This document shows, piece by piece, positions 49,439 to 61,765 of a stretch of DNA of 64,000 nt. The position numbers were made by a program, and so were the translations under genes. The stretch is from Callorhinchus milii (Eukaryota): assembly GCF_018977255.1 (NCBI RefSeq), contig NW_024704742.1:89654001-89718000 (forward strand), in the 5' to 3' direction. Under the pieces are notes generated by a model. The model had not been told where the DNA came from and did not search any database. It saw nothing but the letters and a program-made list of their open reading frames with translations. Position 1 is the stretch's first letter. Each line of letters begins with the position of its first letter.

Positions 49439-50209
49439 ACAGCAACAAATTACACTTGTATAGTGCCCTTCATGTTGGAAAGACGTCCCAGAGCGCTGGA
49501 CCATTGGGGGTGTCTGCCGAGCGGAGGGAGCGGACAGACTGATATGGGGTTATGAGATCAGAGAAGTCGGGGAGAGCAAGACCGTGGAGGGCCTTGTAGG
49601 TAAGAACGAGGGTTTTGCACTCGATTCTCTGAGGAATGGGGAGCTAGTGAAGCTGGGCAAGAATGGGGGTGATAGGTTCCCAGAGCCTGGTGCCNAAAAA
49701 AAATCCTCGTAGTGACTGACTCAGGCATGGTTGAGACCTGGTACTTTAATTGGTCATTCAACCTTCACACAGAAAGGGGCAGACCCACGGCGATCAAGGA
49801 GATGGAAGAGGAAATAATGGATCAAAATGGATTCATACATTTGAAGAAATGTAACAAAGAAAATCATTCTCAACTTCATTTGGTTTACATTTTTATTGCA
49901 CTGCACCACGCTGATAATTTTTGATATCTGATTGCAGCTAGGACTAAAATAAACCTGGAGCAATTATACCAGAGCTGTAAATCCTCAGCAAAGGCTGTCA
50001 TCAAACATCAACAGAACGCAGCACCTTGCTCATTAATATGCACCAGAATAATACAAAATAAAAGTAAAGAGTGCAATGATAATTGCATTTCAGTGCTTTT
50101 CACATCCCTTCTCTTTTTGACTAATGTAATGGAATCGTTAATGTCCACCTGAACAGGAAAACTTGACCTTGGTTTAAAGTCTCATAGGAAGGAGGCACCT
50201 TCAATAATG

Positions 50210-50525
50210 CAACAGCAGCAACTTACATTTATATAACGGTCTTCACGTGGGGTAGCGCCCCGGAGCACTTGACAGTGGCGGAGTCTGACACCGAGCCATG
50301 GGAGAGGGAGGGATGAGGTGACCATAAGCACGATCGAAAAGGAAGGTCTTTGCGCAGCATTTGAAGGTGGGGAATAAGCAGACAAGGCGGAGGGATTGAG
50401 GGAGAGAGTTCCAGAGTTTCAGGACATAGAGGCTGAAGACACGGCCACCGATGGTGTGACACAGTGCACGAGGGACAAATAAGAGGCCAGAGCCAGCCGA
50501 GTGGAGGAAGTAGGTGGTGGAGTGG
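50210..50525 (-). mobile_element. L2 LINE 3' end
   Basis: ORF 50243-50776 (-) contains TIGGRVFSLYVLKLWNSLP...FKCCAKTFLFDRAYG. Confidence 0.88.
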
Positions 50526-50657
50526 GGGTTAAATAGATTTTTCTGTGTGATACAGAGGCTGAGCCAGGCTGATAGGTCATGTTTTGAAACCTGGGTCACC
50601 TTATCATAAATGGATCTTCCTGTATCCCCATATTTGAACCTTACCTGCTCTGGCAAA

Positions 50658-50725
50658 TGCATGTGTGTGTCTGTGTGTTTGTGCGTGTGTGTGTGTCTGT
50701 ATGCGTGTATGTGTGTGTTTGTGTG
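50658..50725. repeat. Imperfect (TG)n microsatellite
   Basis: Read directly. Confidence 0.9.
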
Positions 50726-51645
50726 GAAGATGCCATCACTCTTTGGTTCACACAGAAAGCGTGATGTCCTATACAAAGGTAATTTTGTTGTTGTTGTGAT
50801 TAAATTAAAGGAAGAACATTAATTAACAGATAGACGGGTGATTTTCAACTCTTTGAAAAAAGTTCACCTTTTTTTTCTCTTGTTGTTTCGCAGATAAAGA
50901 CAGTTGGGTTATCTGCTTTTGACAGACCTAATCAGAACAAATGGCAAAAGCTCTCAAAACATCAAAAGCTCCAATGTTGATTTTCAAACACAGGCAAAAT
51001 TTAAATGTCAGCATGCTTGTCTGTGAAGGTATAAAAGCTTCATAATTCCAAGCAACCCTTTTTTACTGCTTTTTTTTATTTTATTTGTAGCTTGTCAGAC
51101 CAGAACATTTGTTTCCTCTAGAAAATAACTTTTTTTGTGTAAATGTCATTACCACTAATGAAAAGCACAGAAATATAAACAAAATGTCACTCAAGGTTTT
51201 AATGCACACTTTCTCATGATATAAAACCAACACTTCCATTGATATTCATAGATGCATCCAGCAGTGTTCTTTGCAAAATTCCAGAAATATGACAAATAAG
51301 GCAGCAGCTGATTTGCAGGGTGTTATAAAGCTGAAACAAAACGCAGCGTGGATACAGGCATACAAAACCACGAGAGTTGTTTGCAAAGACAAGTGTACAG
51401 TTGTGTTGAAGCTGATAATCCATTGCCTTGTCATCTTCTGTTTCTCATAATCTGTACAATAAAACCTGTTTGCAGGCTCATTTAGACTTCCATCTACTGA
51501 TGTTTCCATTGCCCTTCTACCTTGTAATAACTTTTTGGGAAAATATCTTGTTGCATCCGGCCGTTGTGTTGTTAAAAACACCAGATCCGAAGTAGCACTG
51601 TCTATTTAGGAATTGCTATTGCCGGTGTCAACTATTTCTGTGTTG

Positions 51646-52066
51646 GCCTAGGTCAGTTGTCAGGACTCTTGCCTCATGTCAGAAAGTTGTAGGTTCAAGC
51701 TCCACATCGGGTCTCTGAAGTCACAGTCTAGGCTGACATTTCAATGGGGTGGGCTGCATTGTTGAAGTCCCGTCCAAATGGATGAGACATTAAATCGAGG
51801 TCCTGTCTGCTTGTTCAGGCGGATGTCAAAGAATCCATGGATCTATTTGAAAAGAGAAGAGAGTTTCTCCTGGTGTCCTGGCCAACAAGATAAAATCATT
51901 CACTTCATGGCTGTCTGGACAACATTGCTGTGCGCAAATTAGCTGTCACATTCGCCTACAAAATACAATCACTACCCTTTACAGTACACCCTATGAAACT
52001 CTTTGAGACGTTCTCCCAAAGTGAAAGGCGCTATATCAAGTGTAAGGATTATTATTATTATTATTT
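51646..52066 (+). mobile_element. SINE family B, full length
   Basis: tRNA-like head (GTCAGAAAGTTGTAGGTTCAAG), body CTAGGCTGACA...GGATGAGACATTAAATCGAGG, tail GTGAAAGGCGCTATATCAAGTGTAAGG(ATT)n. Confidence 0.88.
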
Positions 52067-54551
52067 TGTTCATGGCTCAGTATCTTTGAATACAATGGGT
52101 AAGCTACCACTGTAACAATACCTTTCGGTGGCATCACCTCTCTGTGTCTCTATTCATCTACAATGAAAAATGCAACCCAGGAACAAGTTTCAAGTTTCAA
52201 TGGATGATTTTTACCCAATAAGAAATGGATTCATAAAAAATGCAAAAACCTTCTGTGCAATGTTCAGCAAGGAGAAGCACAAATCATTTTACAAACCAGA
52301 GGGAGGGCGTTAATTTCTTATTCGAGAAATCCAATATACAAATGGATCAGTCATGCCAAGATCCATATATAAGATTGCAGCAAAATTGGCTAGTGTCAGT
52401 CACTTGCAATTTATTTTATCCTCCCATTCGCCAGTCAAGCCTCTTCCACAAACCCTTCCTTCTTCAAACGCCCTGGCTAAGTGTCAGGGATACATCTATT
52501 CCAGGTGCTCTGACAGGGGCATTGTGTGATAAAGAATTCTTTACACTGAATTCGAAAACCGTGGTAATATGATCACAGCTAATAATAAGATACTATATCA
52601 GTGGCAAAAAAAAACTCCTTGGTATGTTGGATGGAAAACAATTCTGGAAATAGGACGAAGAGTTTAAGCTCCACACAATTATGAATATCGACTAATGTTG
52701 CACGACTCACAATTCTCTACCATTTTAACTCAGGGCATGTTTCCAGTTCCAGCTGTTTATGGCTGGAGCACATTAAGGCTACTACATGTCCAAACATGCC
52801 GGAAAAAATCTAGCTGTAGATGTGACAGAGCCCCAAGCAATGCAGGCTGTGCATGAAATGTAGCATAACCCATACAGGCGGTTAGTAAAAATGAAAACTC
52901 TCACTTTAGGCTGTGGAACATAGTGGGATAACTGTCTAGTGTTGAGATCAGCAGGTTAATTATTACGATTTATAATGTCAGAAAGAAATGTCAGAAAATT
53001 TAATGTTTTGCTTACGGATCATTGTCCACATTTTAGTTCAAGCACAAGGGGGACAATTTAAGACAATTTAACTTGAGTGAAAAGGAATGGATCTTTTAGA
53101 TAATTATTATTATTTTGATGCTCGAGCATATTTTAAAATTCATATGAAATGTTTCCCATTGCTGCTGGTTTTCCCCCGAAACAATATTCTGCAAAAAAAA
53201 AATAGAATCAATGGTGTGCACTGTAGAATTAAATGAGGACAAAGAGCTGTATATTTACAGTGACTTCAATGTACAGAGGAACTCCAATTTGAGATCAATT
53301 TGAATTCACCATGGAAAAGTGTATTTAGCAATAATAAATGTTCACGAACTAAAATGAATAAAATACTGAGCTACCAAGTCTTTGTGCCCTGGACATCACC
53401 AGTCTGCTTGGTACCGGAGTGTCTCCCCATCAAAGTCTTGTCAAAATGAATCATTTTGATCTGAATATTGTGAGTGGAACAGGTTATAATAAATTCATCA
53501 GAGTGAATTTCCTTGGAGACCAGCAGGAACTAATTTATTGTTCTTATTTCGGACAAATTAACAGATTATTCGTTAAAATGTCACAAAACATACTGAAATA
53601 TTGTGGCTTTGTTTTAAGATCAATAGTAGACCCCAAGTCAAGGAGCGTGAATGAAGACTAGGTTGAATCAGCAGGCGGGTTTAGAGAAAGGGACGTGACC
53701 TGGCTTCAATGGTGAATTAAAAGCATTCGTGGTTCATTCACATCAGGTCAAACAACTATTTTCTGAACGTTTCTGCTATGTGAATTGCCATCCATGCTAA
53801 CATGCTTAGTCTGTAAGCCAGCAGAGCGCAGCAAGAGGAGGCAAGTGCAGCATGGAGATGGGTTGCACAACCTACTGTGGCTGTATATTAGCCGAAACAG
53901 TTTATATTTAAGCCATACAATATTCCCATAAGAAATGCACAGTGTTAAATTTTACAGTAAATCGTATGAAATGCTTCGAGATGTTCTCCCGACATGAAAA
54001 ATGCTGTATCAAATGCAAAGACTGTTACTTTTATTATCGTTATTTTTAATATTCTAAGGACTACCCACCTTCTGATTATCAAGGATGATTAGATATCTGA
54101 TTGGGATGCAAATAATTGAGATTTCACTGTAGCTGATCCAAAATGGTCAAGGTTGGCATCTTTTTGCAATATATTTCTTCACATCTAGGCTTATTACAAC
54201 AATGATAATTCCTTCCTTCAGGCAGCTACATTTTCCATCACAAAGCTCATCAGTTCCCCTCCTCAACTCCCCCTCCCTCCCTTTGCTACAGCTATTTAAT
54301 CGTTCTCTCCTAAGTAGAACTACAGTCAGCATCAGAGGAAAATTCTACTCACAAAGTTACTAATAATTTTCTGAGGCATTCACGCAGCCGACTATGACAC
54401 GTGACCTTATTTTTGCTCAAGACTCTCGGAGGAAAATCTCATAAAATGATTCACCTTCAAAGGACATGTCCACAAAAGTCTGTAAAAGGCTTCTAGTGTG
54501 TGTTAAAAAGATACCCTGCCAGTTTGTTATTTGGTGAGGTGTTGGTTGCGA

Positions 54552-55758
54552 GATATCAAGTGGTCAATATGAAAAAAAATTCTGCCCTCCAGCAATATTA
54601 CTTGTGATTCCAAAATGTGTTGCAGAAATATTCCACAGTGGCATATTTCAAGTAAAGAGGATGCCAGGTTGCAAGAAGCCTGGACGTTTCAGGGTTGAAG
54701 GCTGAAATGTGTCAAATCCTGCTCTTTTTATGACCTCTGTGAACTCACTGCAGTCCAAATTGAGGATAATCTCCAATGACAGCATCAACCTATCATAAGG
54801 GATTGTCAGACATGAACGCAGATGTTTGAGACATTTATGAGGTAGTCCCCAGGAATTATAAATTATTTGGACTGGTATCTGATAGGGGAATTCAATCCTC
54901 CATAACTAACAGCTATTTTTCAAGACTACGCATCTCATTTGAGAGGGCATGCAGCACTTGATAATGTTTGCATTCAAAATCTATGTTAACACTCACATTT
55001 GAATTCACATAGTACAAGTCTGACACTCCAATGCAGTAGCGAGGGTACACTGAATTGTTGGAGGTGATCATCCTTTGGATGAGACAATAAACCAAGATCT
55101 TGTCTTCCTGTTCACGTGGACGTTAAAGATCCCGTGGCACTATTCGAAAATGAAAAGGGATTTTCTCCCGGTGTCCCAGCCAACAATCCCCCAGATAAAG
55201 TGCCTCATGGGATATATTATAAGGTGGAATTACTATGAATTCTATAGGCGAACACAGCAACCAATTTATGCACAGCAATGTCCCACAATCAGCCATGAAA
55301 TTAATGACCGATTTTATTTCTTTTGCGGACACTGGAAGAAACTTCCATCTCTTTTCGAGTAGTGCCATGGGACCTTTAATATCCACCTGAACAGGCAGGC
55401 AGAACTTCAGTTTGATGTCTCATCTGAAGAACGCACCTCCTACAATGCAGCACATCCCCATCAATGCTCCAGAGTGTCAGCCTAGACTATGGGTTTGAAG
55501 TGCTGATATGAGGCTTGACCCCACAACCTTCTGACTTGGAGGCAAGAATACTACCAACTGATCCACCCAGTTACTAAGTTATGCAAGGAAGCAGGATACT
55601 TATATAGATATTTTCAGAATTATCTATGTATGAAGGCTTGAGATTGACAAAACCATTTCTGCATTGTTGGGATGTTGGAATATTTCTGCAACACATTTTG
55701 GAATCTCAAGTAATATTGCTGGAGGGCAGTTTTTTTTTCATATTGACCACTTGATATC
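54552..55758. repeat. Inverted repeat pair, 84/83 bp (54552-54635 and 55676-55758)
   Basis: Three differences by manual comparison (two substitutions and one indel at an A-run). Confidence 0.92.
55017..55565. mobile_element. Two SINE family B copies in inverted orientation (+ 55017-55200; - 55203-55565)
   Basis: The same body appears on both strands (GTTAAAGATCCCGTGGCACTATTCGAAA versus TTTTCGAGTAGTGCCATGGGACCTTTAAT). Confidence 0.85.
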
Positions 55759-56368
55759 AATAGCAAGCCAAAATAGTGGGGTAATCCTGCCACTGTATAA
55801 ATCACTGGTGGGCCCATGCTTAGGATACTGTGTACAGTCTGGTCGCCGCAGTACATAAAAGATATTGGAGAAATTGAGAAGATACAGAGGAGGGCAACCA
55901 AAATGATTGAGGGAATGGAAGGACTGGACTATGAGGAATGACTAAGTAAATTGGGCTTATTCACGCTGGAAAAGAGAAGATTGAGAGGTGACATGATTGC
56001 TGTCTGCAAGATTCTAAAGGGGCAAGACAATATAGATCACGACAGGGGTTTCAACTTGTCCACAATAGTAGAACCAGATGATATGGCCTGCGATTGAAGA
56101 GGATTAAATTCAGAATGAATCTACGCAAACACTATTTCAGGGAGCGAATAGTGAGTGGAATAGATTCCCTAGGGAGATGTTTGAAGCAGGAAGTGTTGAT
56201 TCTATCAAACACAGATTAGATAGTTTTCTTTTAGGAAATAACATCATGGGATATAGTACATAGATAGTTTGGGATATATATGAATGCGACCACCAGGAAG
56301 GTGGAAGGCGAACTAGATGAACCTTCGTATTTTTTCGTCTAGCATTTCTTATGTTCTTATGTTCTTAT
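55665..56368 (+). mobile_element. CR1 LINE 5'-truncated copy carrying a captured 83-bp local segment
   Basis: Highly similar to about 35910-36538; (TTCTTATG)n tail; TGCATTG direct repeats at 55660-55666 and 56370-56376. Confidence 0.92.
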
Positions 56369-57342
56369 ATGCATTGCATTGTTTTACCATATTCTACTAT
56401 TTCTGCTAAAATGCAACTTCAAAAGATCAGTCTACGCCATCACTGACAAAGGTCAGGTTTTCAATTATAATATCAAACAGTATAATAAATCGATTTTGCT
56501 GGGTAAAACTGCTGCTGGGTGCTCATCTGTAAGATTCTACATCTCTGACGTACAAAACATTAGTGTTATCAAATGCATCAGTAGATTGCAACAAAACAGC
56601 GACTTTTCAAACATCATTTTAAAGAGAATTTATGGCGCTTTTATTTTCAAAGTACGAGAGATTAAACAGTGTTTTGAAAGCAAAACACCCGCCATTGTAA
56701 ACACAACACTACATGCCCCCGATGATAGTACCCAGAGGGTAAAATAAGCATTCTACCCAAAACTGGTTCCATAACTCAAATGAATGTCCACTCAACACGG
56801 CACAGAACAGCATAGGGTGGGTTAATCTACCCACCACCATTATTTGCAACAAGAACTCAGCCCTCTGAATCTGAAGCATGATAACGCTGCTTGACGACAA
56901 TAACAGCAACGTTTTACACTTGTATAGCGCCTTTCACATCAGAAAGACGTCCCAGAGCACTGACCAATATAGTTGTGGCCATTGTAGTATTAACTCCTGT
57001 AATATCATTCAATGGAGATGTAAAATAATGTGCCAATAAACCATTCTAATATTCCACACTTCACAAACTAAAAGCAATGTGGAATCTCAGCAATATGTGA
57101 AGCCCGTCCCATGCAGCCAGTAATTTAGCCCTTCCTTCCCTGTAGCAATATATTTCACTCCCTCTGTATCTGTCTTAAATTTTGCCTAAAACCTCACCTC
57201 TTCAACCTGCCTATCTATGTCACTTCCTTTTTTCTTCTCTTGCTCAGCATTTGTCTTCATCTCTGTGCCTCTGTGAAGCGCTCCGATACGTTACCTTATG
57301 CAAAGGGCCAAGGGCGAATATGAATGCAAGTTGTTATTGTTA

Positions 57343-57761
57343 TAATAATCCTTATATTTCATACAGCGCTTTTTATATTGGTAACCCATCTCAGAGCATT
57401 TCGCAGGATTTACTTTAGAGTCGAGTGACTGTGTATTTTGAGGCAAACACCAGCCAAATTGTGCAAAACAGTGTACCACAAGTAGCCATGCAATGGATGA
57501 CCGATTTTGTTTGAGAGACTGTTAGTCAAGACACTGAGAGGAACTCTCTTTTCTTTTCAAATAGCACCTTGAGGATCTTTAACGTCCACCTGAACAAGCA
57601 AAGAAAGAACCTCAATTTAACATCTCATCCAAGGACAGCAACTCTGACAGTGCAGCACACCTCCAACCCTGCAACCTTGCTTTTTTGAGTTCAAAGTCCC
57701 GACACCAAGCTTGAATCCACAACCTTCTGAGGTGAGATTGCTACAACTGAGCCAGGCTGAC
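57343..57761 (-). mobile_element. SINE family B, near full length
   Basis: Tail, body (GGATCTTTAACGTCCACCTGAACA) and head (CACAACCTTCTGA...CAACTGAGCCAGGCTGAC). Confidence 0.85.
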
Positions 57762-57831
57762 AGTGAGTATTCCTGTATATGCTTCCTATGAGCTTTAAAC
57801 AAGACTCATGTTATAGCTCATATGTGCACTA

Positions 57832-58175
57832 TGGAGTCCTGTAAGCATAGTGGTTAGAGAATTTGCCTCACAAGCGAGAGGATTCCCAGGCAAGGCAAAA
57901 CTTTAGGCACATTTCCTTACATCACATGCCTGTTTTCCTAGAAATAATTAAGAACCTTAGTCGACTGTTGGATAATAATTTCTTCAAAAAATAATAATAA
58001 TAATTTGGTCACTCAATCCACGACTGTTTGTGGGACATTGCTGTGTGTAATTGGTTACTGCGTTTCACCCCCAAAATATAGTCAATTCACTTCACAGTAT
58101 ATTCTGTGAAGCACTTTGAGATGTCTCGAAGATGTGATAAGATGCTATATTAAATGGTAGGGTTATTATTATTAT
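57832..58175 (+). mobile_element. SINE family A, degraded long variant
   Basis: TGGAGTCCTGTAAGCATAGTGGTTAGAG head and ATT tail. Confidence 0.85.
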
Positions 58176-58748
58176 ACGTTCACTCTCCACTCACCGTTTG
58201 CTCTCCAAGGTGTCCATGGACTTTGTCTACCCATCACAAGCTAAGCGAGGCCTGGTTCGTGTGTGTTTACACCTCATCAATTTCTCTGACATTTGCTGTT
58301 CATTATCTGAGAAACAGGCCCAGGCCATTTCAAGTTTTGTTTTGCCACTACTCAACGGCATTGTTGAGAGCTGTCTGGCACATCCTGCCTTGTTTGTGAT
58401 ATGATCGTGGTGCCACACTCCTACTTGAAGGCAGCATTTGTGAAAAGCACCCTGGCATCTCTCATCAGAGTCCGCCAAAAAAAAAAATCCACATTTAAGA
58501 ACATTCAAAAGCCTTCAGCTATCATTATACTGCACCCCAGTTATAACAAGCATCATATTAATAGGCATATTTGTTCACTCACAAATTGCGTTCCAAGACA
58601 TTGTAGTTGAAAATAAACCAGCTTGGCTCACACCCAGCTAATGATCATTATTGTACCACAGTGTAGGTCTGAGTTCCTGCAGGGCGCCGGTCATTTTGCT
58701 GAGCAACTGTCAAGAATTAAACTTATGGCTTAAAGAATGGGACACATA

Positions 58749-59065
58749 TGGAGTCCTGTAGCTCAGTGGTTAGAGCATTTGCTTTGCAAGCGAGAGACCT
58801 GAGTTCAATTCCAGGCAGGGCGAAACCTTGGGCAAGTTTTCTTACTCCACACGCCTAATAATAATCCCTCCAAAACCAAAAACAATAATAAATTGGTCAT
58901 TTTTAATCTACGATTGTTTGTCGGACATTGCTGTGCGCAATTTGCTGCCACGTTCGCCCACAAATGTACAGTCAATTCACTTTACAGTGTGTTCTGTGAA
59001 GCGCTTTGGGACATCCTCCCGACGTGAAAAGCGCTATATCAAATGCTAGGATTATTATTATTATT
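58749..59065 (+). mobile_element. SINE family A, short variant, young
   Basis: Full length, flanked by an ACATA direct repeat (58744-58748 and 59066-59070). Confidence 0.93.
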
Positions 59066-59600
59066 ACATACTGGAAATGTGAATACAAGTTTGTTAAGTC
59101 TGTAGATATACTGGCTATAATGTATGTGCAGCATGGATCTGCATAGCTTCAGGATTAGGATTATCCCAGTAACAACAACAACTTGCATTTATTAGCACCC
59201 TTCACCATGGGATAGCCTCTTTGAGCGCTTAAGCATCTTTCTGTACTAAAGCACTTAAATCTCCACCAACTGCTGGGAGATGCTTGCAGAGCAGTCACTG
59301 CTGAATGTCAGATTTACTGCATGCATGTTTCTTAAACACGGAGATTGATTGTATGACCACCCTTTTATAACGAGGTCTGACTGTCATGCCGTTTCACAGC
59401 AGCAATTTATTATTCACAGGTAATTCATGTCAAAATCCGCACCGCATTTAAAATATATTTAATGCAGCACTAGTCATACATCAGGGTGAGAGAGGGGTAG
59501 CACTTATGTTTGTAGATTCACGGGATTTTGAATCTAGTTCATTTATCGACCGGAGACTTCTCAAAGCCAAAGGCCTGTTTCTAACTTACACTGAAACCTA

Positions 59601-59880
59601 AATAATAATAATCTTTATAATCCTTGCATTTGATATAGTGCTTTTCACGTCTTCTAGACATCTCAAAGCGCTTCACAGAATATTCTGTAAAGTGAATTGA
59701 CTGTATATTTGTGGGCGAAACGCGGCAGCCAATCGTGCAAGCAGTGTCCCACAAACAGTCGTGGATTGAAAATGATCAATTTATTATTGTTTTTTTGGAA
59801 GGATTTTTATTAGGTGTGTGGAGTAAGGAAACTTGCCCAAGGTTTCGCCCTGCCTGGAATTGAACCTAGTGCATCTCGCT
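59601..59880 (-). mobile_element. SINE family A, short variant, 5'-truncated
   Basis: Tail and body present up to the B box. Confidence 0.9.
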
Positions 59881-60665
59881 CAAACTAGAGCACAGATAAG
59901 GTGAGTTAAGTTTATCAAATATCCCAGAAAGGCACTGGACTGAACAAAATCAATGTGTAATTCCAGGGTTCTCTTCCTCCCTTGTGATGTGCTTTTATAA
60001 AGGTAATGGGGAAAGGAGGGTTAGTTTTCGACTAAATTTCCTGAATTTTTTATTTAGTACAAAATAAAATAAGTAAAATATGAAATGAGGACATTGAGGT
60101 CTGCAACTAAGAGCAGTATTGTAGATGTTTTGCCCACAAAATACAGTCACCCCACTTTACAATATATTCTGTGAAGCCCTTTGAGACATCACAATGAAGT
60201 GATAAGGCGCTAGCTATATAAATGCAAAGATTATTATAACGTATATTATTATTATTATGAATATTTTCAGTGAGAGTCACCAAAAGTCAACGAGACTGGA
60301 CAGACCTGGATACATTTATTGTAGGCGAAACAGTACAAAATGTTTTCCAAAAACAGTATGTTATCCAGTTGCTAATAAAACCAAAACTAAACCTCTTGAA
60401 TTGGATAATATGGAGCATGATCTTATTTGACATTAATAAACCTTCCTTGTGTAAAGCGTTCATTGAGCATCCTTCCGGCAGCGATTTCAAAAATGCCTTT
60501 ACGTGTCACATATTTTACTTACTTCCTTTCTCCACCCCTACCCCACTGACGCAAAAAAAATCCAGTTAAATCAGCTTTCACCATCTCTACATCATTTCAG
60601 CATATTATTATACAAACACAGATTCAGCACCATGGAGAATGATGATCCTCTTCCCTGGGGATATT

Positions 60666-61765
60666 TAATAATCCTTGCATTTGATACAGGGCTAACAAAG
60701 TCAAAACGTCTCAAAGCGCTTCACAAATAATTGCCATGAAATTAAGTGACTGTATTTTGTCTGCAATTGAAGCAGCCAATTTGTGCACATCAATATCTCG
60801 CAAACAACCATGAAGGGATTGAGCAATTGTATCTGAAAGATTGTTGGTCAGGACAGCGGGAGAAACTCCATTCTCTTTTCAAATAGTTTCTGGGTATCTT
60901 TAGCATCCACCTGAATGGGCAGAAGATGCCTGCCATAATTTAACATCTCATCTGAAATATGCCACCCTCAACAATGCAGTGTTCGCCCAGTGCAATGGAG
61001 CATCAGTGTAATCGAACATCAGCGTAGATTGTCAGTTCATGTCCTGACCTGGAGCAGCAACAGCAACAACAGCTTAACAGTGTTCCACTGTATGATTTTT
61101 ATTGTTATTAAATATAATAATCCTTGTGTTTGATATAGTGCCTTACCACATTATTGAGACATCTCAAAGGGCTTCACAGAATACACTGTACAGTGGAGTA
61201 ACTATTTATCTTATGAGCGAATGTGGCAGCCCACGGTAATGTCCTATTGAATGAGAGAGCAATTTTATTTGAATGATTGTTAGCCAGGACACCAGGAGAA
61301 ACTCAGTTCGGTTTTTGAATATTGCCATTGGATCTTTGATGGCCACCTAAACAGGCAGATGGGGGCTTGGTCTAAAATCTCATTCAAAGGACGGCACCTG
61401 CAGCAATGCAGCACATCCCCAGGACTGCAATGGAGTGCCAGCATTGACTACATGAGTTTCAAGTCCCAACATGTGGCCTGAACCCATAACCTTCTGTCTC
61501 AGAGGCAAGAATGCTACCAACTAAGCACCAAGTGAGAGTGCTGCCATGCAGCAGCCAATGTGTACATAACAACGTCCTACAAACAGCCATTGGAATGAAT
61601 GGCTAATTTTATTTTTGTGGCCAGGACTCTTCTCTTTTTGAATAGGGTAAAAAATCTTTAATGTTCACCTGAACAGGCAGGTGGGACCTTGGTTAAATGT
61701 TTAATTCGAAGGATGGCAGCTCTACCAATGCAACACATGCCCAGCACTGAGTGTCAGCCTAGACA
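60666..61765 (-). mobile_element. Three head-to-tail SINE family B copies (about 60666-61052, 61115-61526, 61547-61765)
   Basis: Repeated CAGGACA..GGAGAAACTC, CCACCT.AA.AGGCAG and CAATGCA.CACAT motifs; the copies are mutually diverged. Confidence 0.8.
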
